Shown in pieces: positions 23,996 to 32,461 of a DNA stretch of 45,998 bases. This DNA is from Candidatus Dormiibacterota bacterium (GTDB lineage Bacteria > Chloroflexota > Dormibacteria > Dormibacterales > Dormibacteraceae). The position numbers and the translations under genes are program-made. Position 1 is the first letter of the stretch. Every line of letters starts with the position of its first letter. Location of the stretch: the NCBI GenBank assembly GCA_035602315.1, contig DATNML010000012.1, positions 1 through 45,998 of the forward strand, written 5' to 3'. The notes under the pieces are model-generated. The model was not told the DNA's origin and searched no databases. It saw nothing but the letters and a program-made list of their open reading frames with translations.

Positions 23996-25318
23996 ATGAC
24001 CGATTCCGGTCAGACACCGGGAACGCCGCCAAGCTCGCAACAGCCGGCCGTCCCCGAGTGGGCCCCGACCCCAGGGGAAACCGCCGCTGAGGACTCGGCT
24101 GAACCGACCGCGCCTTACGTCTCGGACGTCGCGGCCACGATGCGCTTGATCCCCGTTCCGCCCCCCTCAACGCCTCCACCGCCGATTCCGGCGCTGACCA
24201 CGCCTCCCGCTCCGACGGGCGATCGCTACATCGGCAAATACCGCGTGAAGAGCGAGCTGGGCCGCGGCGGTATGGGCGCGGTCTACCTCGCCGAGCAGCC
24301 TGGCCTCGGACGCGAGGTCGCCATCAAGGAGCTCATCCAGTCGGCGGCGGCCGACCCGGTCGCCTTGAAGCGATTCCTGCAGGAGGCCCAGGTGATGGCG
24401 CGCACGAGCCACCCCAACCTAGTGCAAGTACACGACCTCGAACTGATGGGAGACGCCAACTACATCGTCCTTGAGTTCGTCCGCGGCAGCTCGCTGCGGG
24501 ATTGGCTGAACCGTGGTCTGATCCCTTTACCCCAGGTCTTCGCAGTCATGCACGGAGTGCTGCAGGCGCTGGACTACGCGCACAAGCACGCGATCGTTCA
24601 CCGCGACATGAAGCCGGAAAACGTCCTGCTCTCCGACGAGGGCATGGTCAAGGTGGCCGACTTCGGCATCGCCCGGCTGACGGACGATTCGGGCGTCGGT
24701 GGCACGGCGACCAAGACGGGGACGACTGTCGGCACTCCGCAGTACATGTCTCCCGAGCAGGTCGCGTCGAGCAAGGTGGATGGGCGCAGTGACCTGTACT
24801 CGGCGGGCATCATGTTCTACGAGCTGGTCGCGGGCCAGCCGCCATTCACGGCAAGCGAGGCCGATGGGCCGTTCACATTGATGGCCAAGCACGTCCAGGC
24901 GCCGCCTAAGCCACCATCCGTGCTCCGTCCGGGCCTCGACCTTGCGCTCGAGGAGTTGATCCTCAAGTCCCTGTCCAAGCGGCCGGAGGACCGGTTCCAG
25001 ACCGGACAGCAGTTCGATGACGCGATGGTGAAGGTCGCCGAGCGAATCTGCCCAGGCTGGCAGCGGAGCCTCGAGCCTGGTGCGGACCTCTCGAAGATGG
25101 TCCCGGTCGCCGTTGCCACGGCCGCGGTTGCGCCTTCGACGCCGATCGGGACGGCCATCCAGCAGCCGGCCACCGCCGTTCCCTTGCAGGCGGCCTACAA
25201 CCCGACCCCGCCTGTCAAGCCGGTGGCCAAACAATCGACGGGATGTGTGGGCGTCCTGCTCGGCACGATGGCCCTGGTTACGGCGCTGACCTTTCTAGCC
25301 GCTGCTCACGTCCATTAG
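23996..25318 (+). CDS. Hanks-type Ser/Thr protein kinase, C-terminally tail-anchored
   Basis: GRGGMGAVYLA...VAIKEL, HRDMKPENVLL, DFGIARL, GTPQYMSPEQ. Pro/Ala linker and a single TM helix at the extreme C-terminus. No extracellular domain. Confidence 0.9.
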   Translation: MTDSGQTPGTPPSSQQPAVPEWAPTPGETAAEDSAEPTAPYVSDVAATMRLIPVPPPSTPPPPIPALTTPPAPTGDRYIGKYRVKSELGRGGMGAVYLAEQPGLGREVAIKELIQSAAADPVALKRFLQEAQVMARTSHPNLVQVHDLELMGDANYIVLEFVRGSSLRDWLNRGLIPLPQVFAVMHGVLQALDYAHKHAIVHRDMKPENVLLSDEGMVKVADFGIARLTDDSGVGGTATKTGTTVGTPQYMSPEQVASSKVDGRSDLYSAGIMFYELVAGQPPFTASEADGPFTLMAKHVQAPPKPPSVLRPGLDLALEELILKSLSKRPEDRFQTGQQFDDAMVKVAERICPGWQRSLEPGADLSKMVPVAVATAAVAPSTPIGTAIQQPATAVPLQAAYNPTPPVKPVAKQSTGCVGVLLGTMALVTALTFLAAAHVH

Positions 25319-27483
25319 CCAGGCGAGGGGCTCTGCTCCGCAATAGCCTGTTCGGCCGCCTCGCCGACCAGGATGTCATGCGGACCTGACTCTCCGGCTG
25401 CGATGACGGTCTGGCCCTTGTACTGCAGGGTGAACGCGTGGTGGGCCTGGATCGCCATCTCCGTGGGGAACTGGACCCAAGGAGAAACAGGCGTCTCCCG
25501 GATCGCGGTCACCTGGTAGATGCTGAACGTCTCGGCTGATTTGCCCTTCAGCTGAACCCCCGGCACCAGGTCGACTGCGATGTACTCCTTGCACAGCTCG
25601 TATGTCATCTGCCCGATCAGCACGTGAAAGGCGGGCGCGTGCGCGCAGTAGCGGGCGGCGGTGTTGACCGTGTCGCCAAGCGCCGTGTATTGGAGACGGC
25701 TGCGCGAGCCCATGTTGCCGACCACGGCGGGTCCCGTGTTGATACCTATGCCCCAGCGGATGGGTGGCAGGCCCTTGGCCAGCAGTCGCTGCTCTAGCTC
25801 GGGCGCGCGGTTCACCAGGTCGTAGGCGCAGCGCACCGCCAGCAGCGCGTGGTTTTCCTGCATGCGAGGCGCGTTCCAGAAGGCGACGATCTCATCGCCG
25901 ACGTATTTGTCGACCGTCCCGTCCCAGGTGAAGATGATGCCGCTCAGGTGGTCGAGGTACATCTGGACCACATCGGTAACGTCGTTCGCAGCCATTGACT
26001 CCGACATCGACGTGAAACCGCGGATGTCAACGAACAGCAGCGTCATATCGCGCCGCTCGCCGCCGCGCAGGATGTCCTCGACGCCACCGCGGGTCCTGGC
26101 CAGCTGAGCGACGATCTCCGGCTTGAGGTAGTGGCCGAAGATGCGTGTGACCTTGCGCTTTTCGCGATCCTCATAGAGGAAGCGATACGCGGTGACGCCT
26201 GAGTATGTGAGCCCGATGGCCAGCCAGGGATGGAAGAGGTCGGGCACGATGCCGCTGTTGTTGGCGAGGACTGTGATGCCGACGGTGAACACGACCAGGA
26301 CCACCACCGTCGCGAGCAGACCCCACAGCACCGTGACGCGCGAGACCGCCACGGCCATCAAGAGCGCTATCACCAGGATGGTCAGGAAGATGACCAGCGC
26401 GGATTCGCGTACCAGGAATTTGGGAGGCACACCGAGCAGCATCTGGATGACGTTGGCGTGCATTTCGACACCGGGCATCAGAGTGCCGTTGGCGCCGGCG
26501 CTTGTCGGGGTCAGGAACTCGTCATGGACACCGGTCAGGTTGTAGTAGCCGACGAGCACGATCTTGCCGTTCACGGCGTCATGCGAGAAGGAGCCGTCCC
26601 AGACGTCGCCGAACGAGAGGTATCGACCGTGGTCTCGGTAGTTTCCCGGGGGCCCGAAGTAGTTGATCAACGCCGAACCGGTTCCGTCGAGCTGCAAGGG
26701 TTCGTTCCAGGTGGTGCCGAATGTCGCAGTGCGTCCTGATTCGTGGAGCTGGGTACCGCTCTGGAAGTCCTTGCCCAGGACGAAAGCGCGGAAGGCCGCG
26801 AAGCCCAGTGGGTTGATGATCGGCGTGGCGCAACGTCTGTCGCTGATGCAGACGGGCTGCACGAACATCGGGAGCCGGCGCACCACGCCGTCTGAGTCGG
26901 CCACGACATCGGTCGAGGCCAACGTCACGTTGGGATCTGGCTTCTGGCACGCGACCTGCGGATCCGGGTTCGTATCTGTGCAGCGGAACTTCTTGAGCGG
27001 GACCTGGTCGATGCCCGTCTGCACCAGCTTGCCGTCGGCGGAGCGCGTGTTGTCGCCGCCATAGGAAAGGACGACGGGGATGGTGCTCCCTGCCAACGCT
27101 CCGGCGAAGGCGTCGTCTGTCTTGGTCTCGCGGGGATCTGGAAAGCCGACGTCGAAGGCGACCACCGCCGCCCCCGCCGCTTCGAGGTTGTGCAGCACCT
27201 GGGCGTAGCGATCACGGGGCACCGGGTACACACCGATCTTGTCCACGCTGGCGTTGTCGACGCCCACGATCACAACGTTCGGGTCGGGGTTTGACAGGGC
27301 GATCAAGCGGTCTTCGGGGTGGACCGAGATATTGATCACGCAGCCGGAGTGGGTGTCGCAGGCCGCCTGCTGCGTGTAGAGCCAGTACATGACGCCGCTG
27401 AGGAGGACTGCGATGACGACCGCCACCGCGGTGCGGTACGTGTACCAGTAGCGGATGTAGCGGCCCACGGGCGCCCGGATCAT
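25315..27483 (-). CDS. CHASE2 sensor - TM - class III adenylate/guanylate cyclase (paralog 2, longer C-terminus)
   Basis: Same architecture as 13214..15142. MTLLFVDIRGFTSMSE, KYVGDEIVAFWNAP, GIGINTGPAVVGNMGS, YTALGDTVNTAARY. Shares the post-cyclase motif SPWVQFPTE. Confidence 0.85.
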   Translation of the reverse strand: MIRAPVGRYIRYWYTYRTAVAVVIAVLLSGVMYWLYTQQAACDTHSGCVINISVHPEDRLIALSNPDPNVVIVGVDNASVDKIGVYPVPRDRYAQVLHNLEAAGAAVVAFDVGFPDPRETKTDDAFAGALAGSTIPVVLSYGGDNTRSADGKLVQTGIDQVPLKKFRCTDTNPDPQVACQKPDPNVTLASTDVVADSDGVVRRLPMFVQPVCISDRRCATPIINPLGFAAFRAFVLGKDFQSGTQLHESGRTATFGTTWNEPLQLDGTGSALINYFGPPGNYRDHGRYLSFGDVWDGSFSHDAVNGKIVLVGYYNLTGVHDEFLTPTSAGANGTLMPGVEMHANVIQMLLGVPPKFLVRESALVIFLTILVIALLMAVAVSRVTVLWGLLATVVVLVVFTVGITVLANNSGIVPDLFHPWLAIGLTYSGVTAYRFLYEDREKRKVTRIFGHYLKPEIVAQLARTRGGVEDILRGGERRDMTLLFVDIRGFTSMSESMAANDVTDVVQMYLDHLSGIIFTWDGTVDKYVGDEIVAFWNAPRMQENHALLAVRCAYDLVNRAPELEQRLLAKGLPPIRWGIGINTGPAVVGNMGSRSRLQYTALGDTVNTAARYCAHAPAFHVLIGQMTYELCKEYIAVDLVPGVQLKGKSAETFSIYQVTAIRETPVSPWVQFPTEMAIQAHHAFTLQYKGQTVIAAGESGPHDILVGEAAEQAIAEQSPSPG

Positions 27484-27520
27484 AACCCGGTTGCTGAATT
27501 CCCCTCCCCCTCAAGGAGGA

Positions 27521-27541
27521 GGGGTGAGGGGTGGGGGTGGG
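27521..27541 (+). other. Canonical G-quadruplex motif GGGG-tga-GGGG-t-GGGGG-t-GGG
   Basis: Four G-tracts of at least 3 with loops of 3, 1 and 1 nt, read directly. Preceded by the complementary C-tract cccctccccc (27501..27510). Lies in the spacer between the cyclase-2 start (27483) and the DUF72 start (27567). Confidence 0.7.
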
Positions 27542-27566
27542 TGGAGATCGCACTACGATCGAACGC

Positions 27567-28469
27567 ATGACTGTGCGGGTCGGCATTGCCGGCTGGATCG
27601 ACAAGTCGCTGATCGACTCCAAGCTGTTCTACCCGCTCAACGTCAAGACGTCGGAGGAGCGCCTGAACTTCTACGCGAGCCAATTCTCGCTGGTCGAGGT
27701 CGACTCGACCTACTACGGAATGCCGAAACCGGAGAACTCCGAGCTCTGGGTGGCGCGGACGCCCAAGGATTTCACTTTCGACGTCAAGTCCTTTTCGCTC
27801 TTCACCAACCATCCCACCAAACCGATGGCGCTGCCGCCAGACATCCGGGACCAGCTGCCCGAGAAGCTGCGGGAAAAAAACATCTACCTCGAACAGATGC
27901 CCGACGAGCTGGTGGACGAGGCGTGGGAACGATTCCGAACGGCGCTCGAGCCGCTGCGCGCGGCGGGAAAGCTCGGCGCGGTCTTCTTCCAGTTCCCGCC
28001 CTGGTTCCTGCCGTCATCGCGCTCGCTTGCGTACGTCGAACAGGTCCAGGAGCGCATGTTCGGCTTCCAGGTCGCGGTCGAGTTCCGCAAGCCCGAGTGG
28101 CTCGACGCGCGACATCGCGAGGGGACGCTGGCCTTCCTTCGCTCGCGCGACATCCCTTTTGTCGCCGTCGACGTGCCGCCGGGTCACAAGACCAGCATGC
28201 CGCCGGTCTTCGATGTGACGTCGAGCAAGCTGGCTGTGGTCCGGTTTCACGGCCGCAACCACGAAACCTGGGATGTCAAAGGCGCGCCGCCGAACCTTCG
28301 CTTCCGATACGACTACAAAGACGAGGAGCTGGCGGAGTGGGTGCCTCGGATCAAGGAGATGGAGCGCTCGGCCAAGGAGGTCCACGCGCTGATGAACAAC
28401 AACTACTCCAACTATTCGGTCAAGAACGCCCAGCAGCTTCAGAAGCTGCTCGACGCCTGGCACAAATGA
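27567..28469 (+). CDS. DUF72 (UPF0759/YecE-like) protein
   Basis: ORF 27531..28469 trimmed to ATG 27567. VRVGIAGW..., ERLNFYASQFSLVEVDSTYYGMP, FQFPPWF, EFRKPEWL are characteristic DUF72 blocks. Confidence 0.8.
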   Translation: MTVRVGIAGWIDKSLIDSKLFYPLNVKTSEERLNFYASQFSLVEVDSTYYGMPKPENSELWVARTPKDFTFDVKSFSLFTNHPTKPMALPPDIRDQLPEKLREKNIYLEQMPDELVDEAWERFRTALEPLRAAGKLGAVFFQFPPWFLPSSRSLAYVEQVQERMFGFQVAVEFRKPEWLDARHREGTLAFLRSRDIPFVAVDVPPGHKTSMPPVFDVTSSKLAVVRFHGRNHETWDVKGAPPNLRFRYDYKDEELAEWVPRIKEMERSAKEVHALMNNNYSNYSVKNAQQLQKLLDAWHK

Positions 28470-28472
28470 CAG

Positions 28473-29282
28473 CTACCTTTTAGGTAGGCCGGTTCCGCTC
28501 AAATTTGGCGACATACGCCGACGGGCCTCGCCCAGCGCGTGGTCCATCAATCCGCCGAACACGGGCTCGGCCACGTGTGCGACCCGAATCGGCAGTACCA
28601 TCGCGTCCCGGCGCGGAAACCTCGCGGTGCGGACGATGACATTCGCCACCCAGGCGGCGGGGTACTGCGGGCCGACAGGCCGCTCGGTGCCGGCGAAGAA
28701 TTCGGTCCCCCCAGTCACGCCGGGATAGACGACGCAGACCTTCACGCCGGAGCCAGTCAGCTCGCCACGCAGTGCGTGCGACATGCCCACGACCGCATGC
28801 TTCGTCGCGGAGTAGACCGCCGAGTACGGGGACGCCCGAAAGCCGACCACCGACGCCACGTTGATGATGACGCCACGCCTGCGCTCGAGCATCCAGGGCA
28901 GGGCAGCCTGGGTCATCGCGATCACGCCCTTCAGGTTGGTGGCGACGAGCTCGTCGACCTTCTCCTCCGGCATCTGGTGCAGCCGGCCCATCCAGCCGAT
29001 TCCAGCGTTGTTGACCACCACGTCGAGGCGTTCGTGCGTGCGCAGCGCACCGGCGACGAAGGCGCGCGCGTCGCCGCGCTCGCGGACGTCAACCTTGCGG
29101 ATGGTGACCTCTGGCGACCCGACCTGACGGCACTTCTCCGCGACCTGCTCCAGCCGATCGAGACGGCGGGCGCCCAGCTCAAGCCTCGCACCGTGCCTGG
29201 AGAAGGCCACCGCCGTCGCGGCCCCAATCCCGCTGGAGGCGCCGGTGATCATCACCACCGCTCCCTTCAGGCGCACGCCCAA
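28473..29282 (-). CDS. Short-chain dehydrogenase/reductase (SDR)
   Basis: TGASSGIGAATA, NNAGIG, catalytic YSATKHAV. Confidence 0.88.
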   Translation of the reverse strand: MGVRLKGAVVMITGASSGIGAATAVAFSRHGARLELGARRLDRLEQVAEKCRQVGSPEVTIRKVDVRERGDARAFVAGALRTHERLDVVVNNAGIGWMGRLHQMPEEKVDELVATNLKGVIAMTQAALPWMLERRRGVIINVASVVGFRASPYSAVYSATKHAVVGMSHALRGELTGSGVKVCVVYPGVTGGTEFFAGTERPVGPQYPAAWVANVIVRTARFPRRDAMVLPIRVAHVAEPVFGGLMDHALGEARRRMSPNLSGTGLPKR

Positions 29283-29316
29283 AGCCTAAGGTCGGAGCCG
29301 ACTTAGAATCGCGGAC

Positions 29317-30354
29317 ATGAAGGCACTGACCTTCCAGGGTGAAGGAGACGTCAAGGTCATCGACGTTCCAAAGCCGGTCATCAAGGGGTCGGGCGATGCG
29401 CTGGTCAAGGTGACGCTTGGCGCCGTCTGCGGCTCCGACCTGCACATCCTCCACGGCCACACTCCGATGAACCAGGGGGCGGTGCTAGGCCACGAGTTCG
29501 TCGGAATCGTCGAGGCGGCCGGCTCTGAAGTCAAGCGTTTCAAACCGGGTGATCGTGCCGTCGCAAGCTTCTTCACGTCATGCGGCCACTGCGCCTTCTG
29601 CCGCAAAGGCTGGTTCAACCAGTGCGTCGACAAGGCGACGTTCGGTCATGGCGAATATTTCGGAGGCTTGGGCGGCGGCCAGGCTGAGTACGTCGTGGTC
29701 CCGCTGGCGGATCACTCCATGGAGCTCATTCCAGAGGGCATGACCGACGAGCAGGCGATCTTCGTCGGCGACATCCTGGCCACCGGCTTCTTCGGGGCTG
29801 AACGGGCGGAGATCAAGCCAGGCGACGTCGTCGCCGTGGTCGGGGCTGGCCCCGTCGGCTTGATGGCCACGATGTGCGCCCAGCTCTTCGGCCCGGCCCG
29901 CGTGTTCGTCGTCGACATGGTTGACTCCCGCCTGGAAATCGCTCAAGGGCTGGGCGCGATCCCGATCAACGCCAACCATGTCAAACCGGTCGAGGCGATC
30001 AAAGACCAGACCGGCGGCATGGGGGCCGATTCAAGCATCGAGTGCGTCGGTCTTCTGTCCGCCGTCGACACTGCGATCCACTGCGTCCGCGGCGGCGGCA
30101 CCGTTTCGATGGTCGGCGTCCCGAGCGCGGTGATCGGCGACTTTCCCTACATGAGGATGTGGCTCAAGTCGCTCACGTTCCGCGCCGGATGGTGCAACGT
30201 GCAGGCTTACATGAGGCCGCTGCTGGACCTCATCGCTGCGGGGCGTTTGAAACCTGATTCCATCATCAGCCACCGCATGATGCTTGACGACGCCGAAGAG
30301 GCCTACCGCATGTTCGACGCTCGTGAGGCGACGAAAATCGTTCTTGCAACGTAG
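29317..30354 (+). CDS. Zinc-dependent medium-chain alcohol dehydrogenase family protein
   Basis: CGSDLH, GHEFVGIVEAAGSEV, structural-Zn cysteines CGHCAFCRKGWFNQC, NAD fold VVGAGPVGL. Confidence 0.88.
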   Translation: MKALTFQGEGDVKVIDVPKPVIKGSGDALVKVTLGAVCGSDLHILHGHTPMNQGAVLGHEFVGIVEAAGSEVKRFKPGDRAVASFFTSCGHCAFCRKGWFNQCVDKATFGHGEYFGGLGGGQAEYVVVPLADHSMELIPEGMTDEQAIFVGDILATGFFGAERAEIKPGDVVAVVGAGPVGLMATMCAQLFGPARVFVVDMVDSRLEIAQGLGAIPINANHVKPVEAIKDQTGGMGADSSIECVGLLSAVDTAIHCVRGGGTVSMVGVPSAVIGDFPYMRMWLKSLTFRAGWCNVQAYMRPLLDLIAAGRLKPDSIISHRMMLDDAEEAYRMFDAREATKIVLAT

Positions 30355-30367
30355 AGTGCCGGACTGA

Positions 30368-31846
30368 ATGGCAGCCCGGTATGACGTGATCGTGATCGGC
30401 TCCGGCTCGGGTGGAGGCGTGGTCGCCAGCCGGCTGACCGAGGATCCGGCGGTGCAGGTGCTGCTCATCGAAGCCGGTCCTGACCCTAAAGACGATGTTC
30501 CCGACTCGATTCGTTACGTGCTTCAGGGCAGCGGCGTCGACGACTACGACTGGAATTACTTTGACCCCCAGACCCGCGGCGGAGTGCCTCGCGGCCGAGT
30601 GCTTGGTGGAAGCTCCTGCGTCAACGCAAGCTTTGCGCTCCGTGGGCAGCCGCAGGACTACGACGCGTGGGCGGCGCGCGGCTTGCCGGCGTGGAGCTGG
30701 GAGCAGTGCCTTCCGTACTTCAATCGGGTGGAGACCGACCGTGAGTTTGGCGGCCGGCCATATCACGGGCGCTCGGGCCCGATTCACGTCGAGCGGGAGC
30801 CGCTCGACGAGTTGCAGCAACTGGTCCGGGCGGCCAGCCTCGAGCTCGGGCACCCTGACCTGGACGACTTGAACCGGCCGGGTGCGATCGGAGTCGGACC
30901 GATGCCGAGGAACTTGAAGGACCGCCAGCGTCAAAGCACTCTCCTGACCTACATCGCCGTTGCGCGATCCCGTCCGAACCTGACGATCCAGGCAGACGCC
31001 CTGGTCGACTCGCTCGTCATCACTGGCGGCCGCGCAGCGGGCATCCGTCTTGCGGGGGGCGAGGTCATCGAAGGCAATCGAGTCGTCCTCGCGGCCGGCG
31101 CGTACAACTCACCGCAGATCCTTCACCGGACGGGCGTGGGCCCGCGGGACGTCCTGAGCCGGATTGGAGTCGACACTGTGCTGCACCTGCCCGGCGTCGG
31201 CGAGCACCTGCTCGACCACGTCTCAACATTGATCATCGCCGAGGCTGGCCGGGCAGCCCCCGCCGGCTTCGTCCCGATCGGGCCTGGCCTCAAGTTCCGG
31301 ACCTCCCCCGGGCTCACAGTGGAGGACGTGAAGTTCACCTTCATGTCCGGAGAGTTGTTCTCCCTGCCAGGGTTGAACGGGTTCTACATCGAGGTCAGCA
31401 ACTGCGAGTCAGAAGGTGTCGTGCGAGCGGCGTCGCGCGACCCGCGCGTCCAGCCGAGCATCGACCACAGGTACTTTTCAAACGGGAAAGACCTCGATCG
31501 AATGGTCGGCGCCGCGAAGGTCGCTCTGGAGGTCGCGAGGGTCGTGGGCGACAGTACGAAGTTCGAGGTCCTCCTGCCGGACCCCGAATCAGCTCGGGAC
31601 GAGGAGGCGCTGCGCGGCCACTTTCTCGAATTCCACGCCACCGACTACCATCCGTCGGGAACGCTGCGGATGGGACCAGAAGGCGACGAGATGGCGGTCG
31701 TCGACGAGCGCTGCCGCCTGCGCGGGATCGAAAACCTCTACGTCGCGGATGCGTCGGTCATGCCGACCATTCCACGGGCGAACATCAATCTGCCGACGAT
31801 GATGATCGGCGAGCGTGTCGCCGAGTTCGTGCACGCCGACCTCTAG
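30368..31846 (+). CDS. GMC family FAD-dependent oxidoreductase
   Basis: YDVIVIGSGSGGGVVASRLTE, RGRVLGGSSCVNA. C-terminal HPSGTLRMG...DASVMP motif. Confidence 0.88.
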   Translation: MAARYDVIVIGSGSGGGVVASRLTEDPAVQVLLIEAGPDPKDDVPDSIRYVLQGSGVDDYDWNYFDPQTRGGVPRGRVLGGSSCVNASFALRGQPQDYDAWAARGLPAWSWEQCLPYFNRVETDREFGGRPYHGRSGPIHVEREPLDELQQLVRAASLELGHPDLDDLNRPGAIGVGPMPRNLKDRQRQSTLLTYIAVARSRPNLTIQADALVDSLVITGGRAAGIRLAGGEVIEGNRVVLAAGAYNSPQILHRTGVGPRDVLSRIGVDTVLHLPGVGEHLLDHVSTLIIAEAGRAAPAGFVPIGPGLKFRTSPGLTVEDVKFTFMSGELFSLPGLNGFYIEVSNCESEGVVRAASRDPRVQPSIDHRYFSNGKDLDRMVGAAKVALEVARVVGDSTKFEVLLPDPESARDEEALRGHFLEFHATDYHPSGTLRMGPEGDEMAVVDERCRLRGIENLYVADASVMPTIPRANINLPTMMIGERVAEFVHADL

Positions 31847-32332
31847 TCAGCTCGAGGTGGCCGTCGCGTCCAGCGCCATCAGGTAACCTCGCGCGCGTTC
31901 CGCCAGGGGGAAGCGGTTTTCCAGCTCGTGAAACGCTGGGCCGTGGTCACTTTGCTCGAGGTGCGCGAGCTCGTGGACGATCAGGTAGTCGAGCACCCAG
32001 TCGGGCAGCGACGCGGCTCGCTTGGCGATGCGGATCGCGCCCGATGTGAAGGTGCAGCTCCCCCAGTTGTGAGCCATGTCGACGAAGCCGATCGATGTCC
32101 AGCGCAGCCGTCCGCCGAAGTGGCGGTCGTTGAGGGTTGTTGCGCGCTCCATCAACCGTTGGTCTGATGGTCGCGAGCGCTCGATCCGCCGTTCGAGTCG
32201 GCGGCGCATCGTCTCGGCCCACTGCTGCCGCTCGGCATTCGGCATCCATGAGGGCACGAGGAGCTCGAGGACGCCGGACCGGAGGCGGGCGGACACGGTC
32301 CGGCGGCGTCTTCTGGAGGCGACGATGCGCAC
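31847..32332 (-). CDS. YgjP/DUF45 (SprT-like, M48-type) metal-dependent hydrolase
   Basis: NWGSCTFTSGAIRI...DYLIVHELAHLEQSDHGPAFHEL (HExxH). Trimmed to GTG 32332; TTG 32365 is an alternative. The rest of ORF 31847..32890 overlaps the GH15 gene and looks non-coding. Confidence 0.7.
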   Translation of the reverse strand: MRIVASRRRRRTVSARLRSGVLELLVPSWMPNAERQQWAETMRRRLERRIERSRPSDQRLMERATTLNDRHFGGRLRWTSIGFVDMAHNWGSCTFTSGAIRIAKRAASLPDWVLDYLIVHELAHLEQSDHGPAFHELENRFPLAERARGYLMALDATATSS

Positions 32333-32461
32333 GGGCGGGCTGAATTGATTCGAGTTCTGTTCCAAGACGTGGTGCTCCGTTTGTTGCTGGATCGGTTGCC
32401 GCGATTGTAGGGAGGCCCGAGACAAAGGGAAACCCTGGTTGTAAAGGGTCGGAAGGGTAGG

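Noticed and set aside
28466-28490. Short stem (ctacc-tttta-ggtag) between convergent DUF72 and SDR genes, and aaaac-cggct-gtttt after the vWA gene (about 43147..43161), as terminators.
   Set aside because: These are only 5-bp stems, partly overlapping stop codons. They are too weak to support as features.
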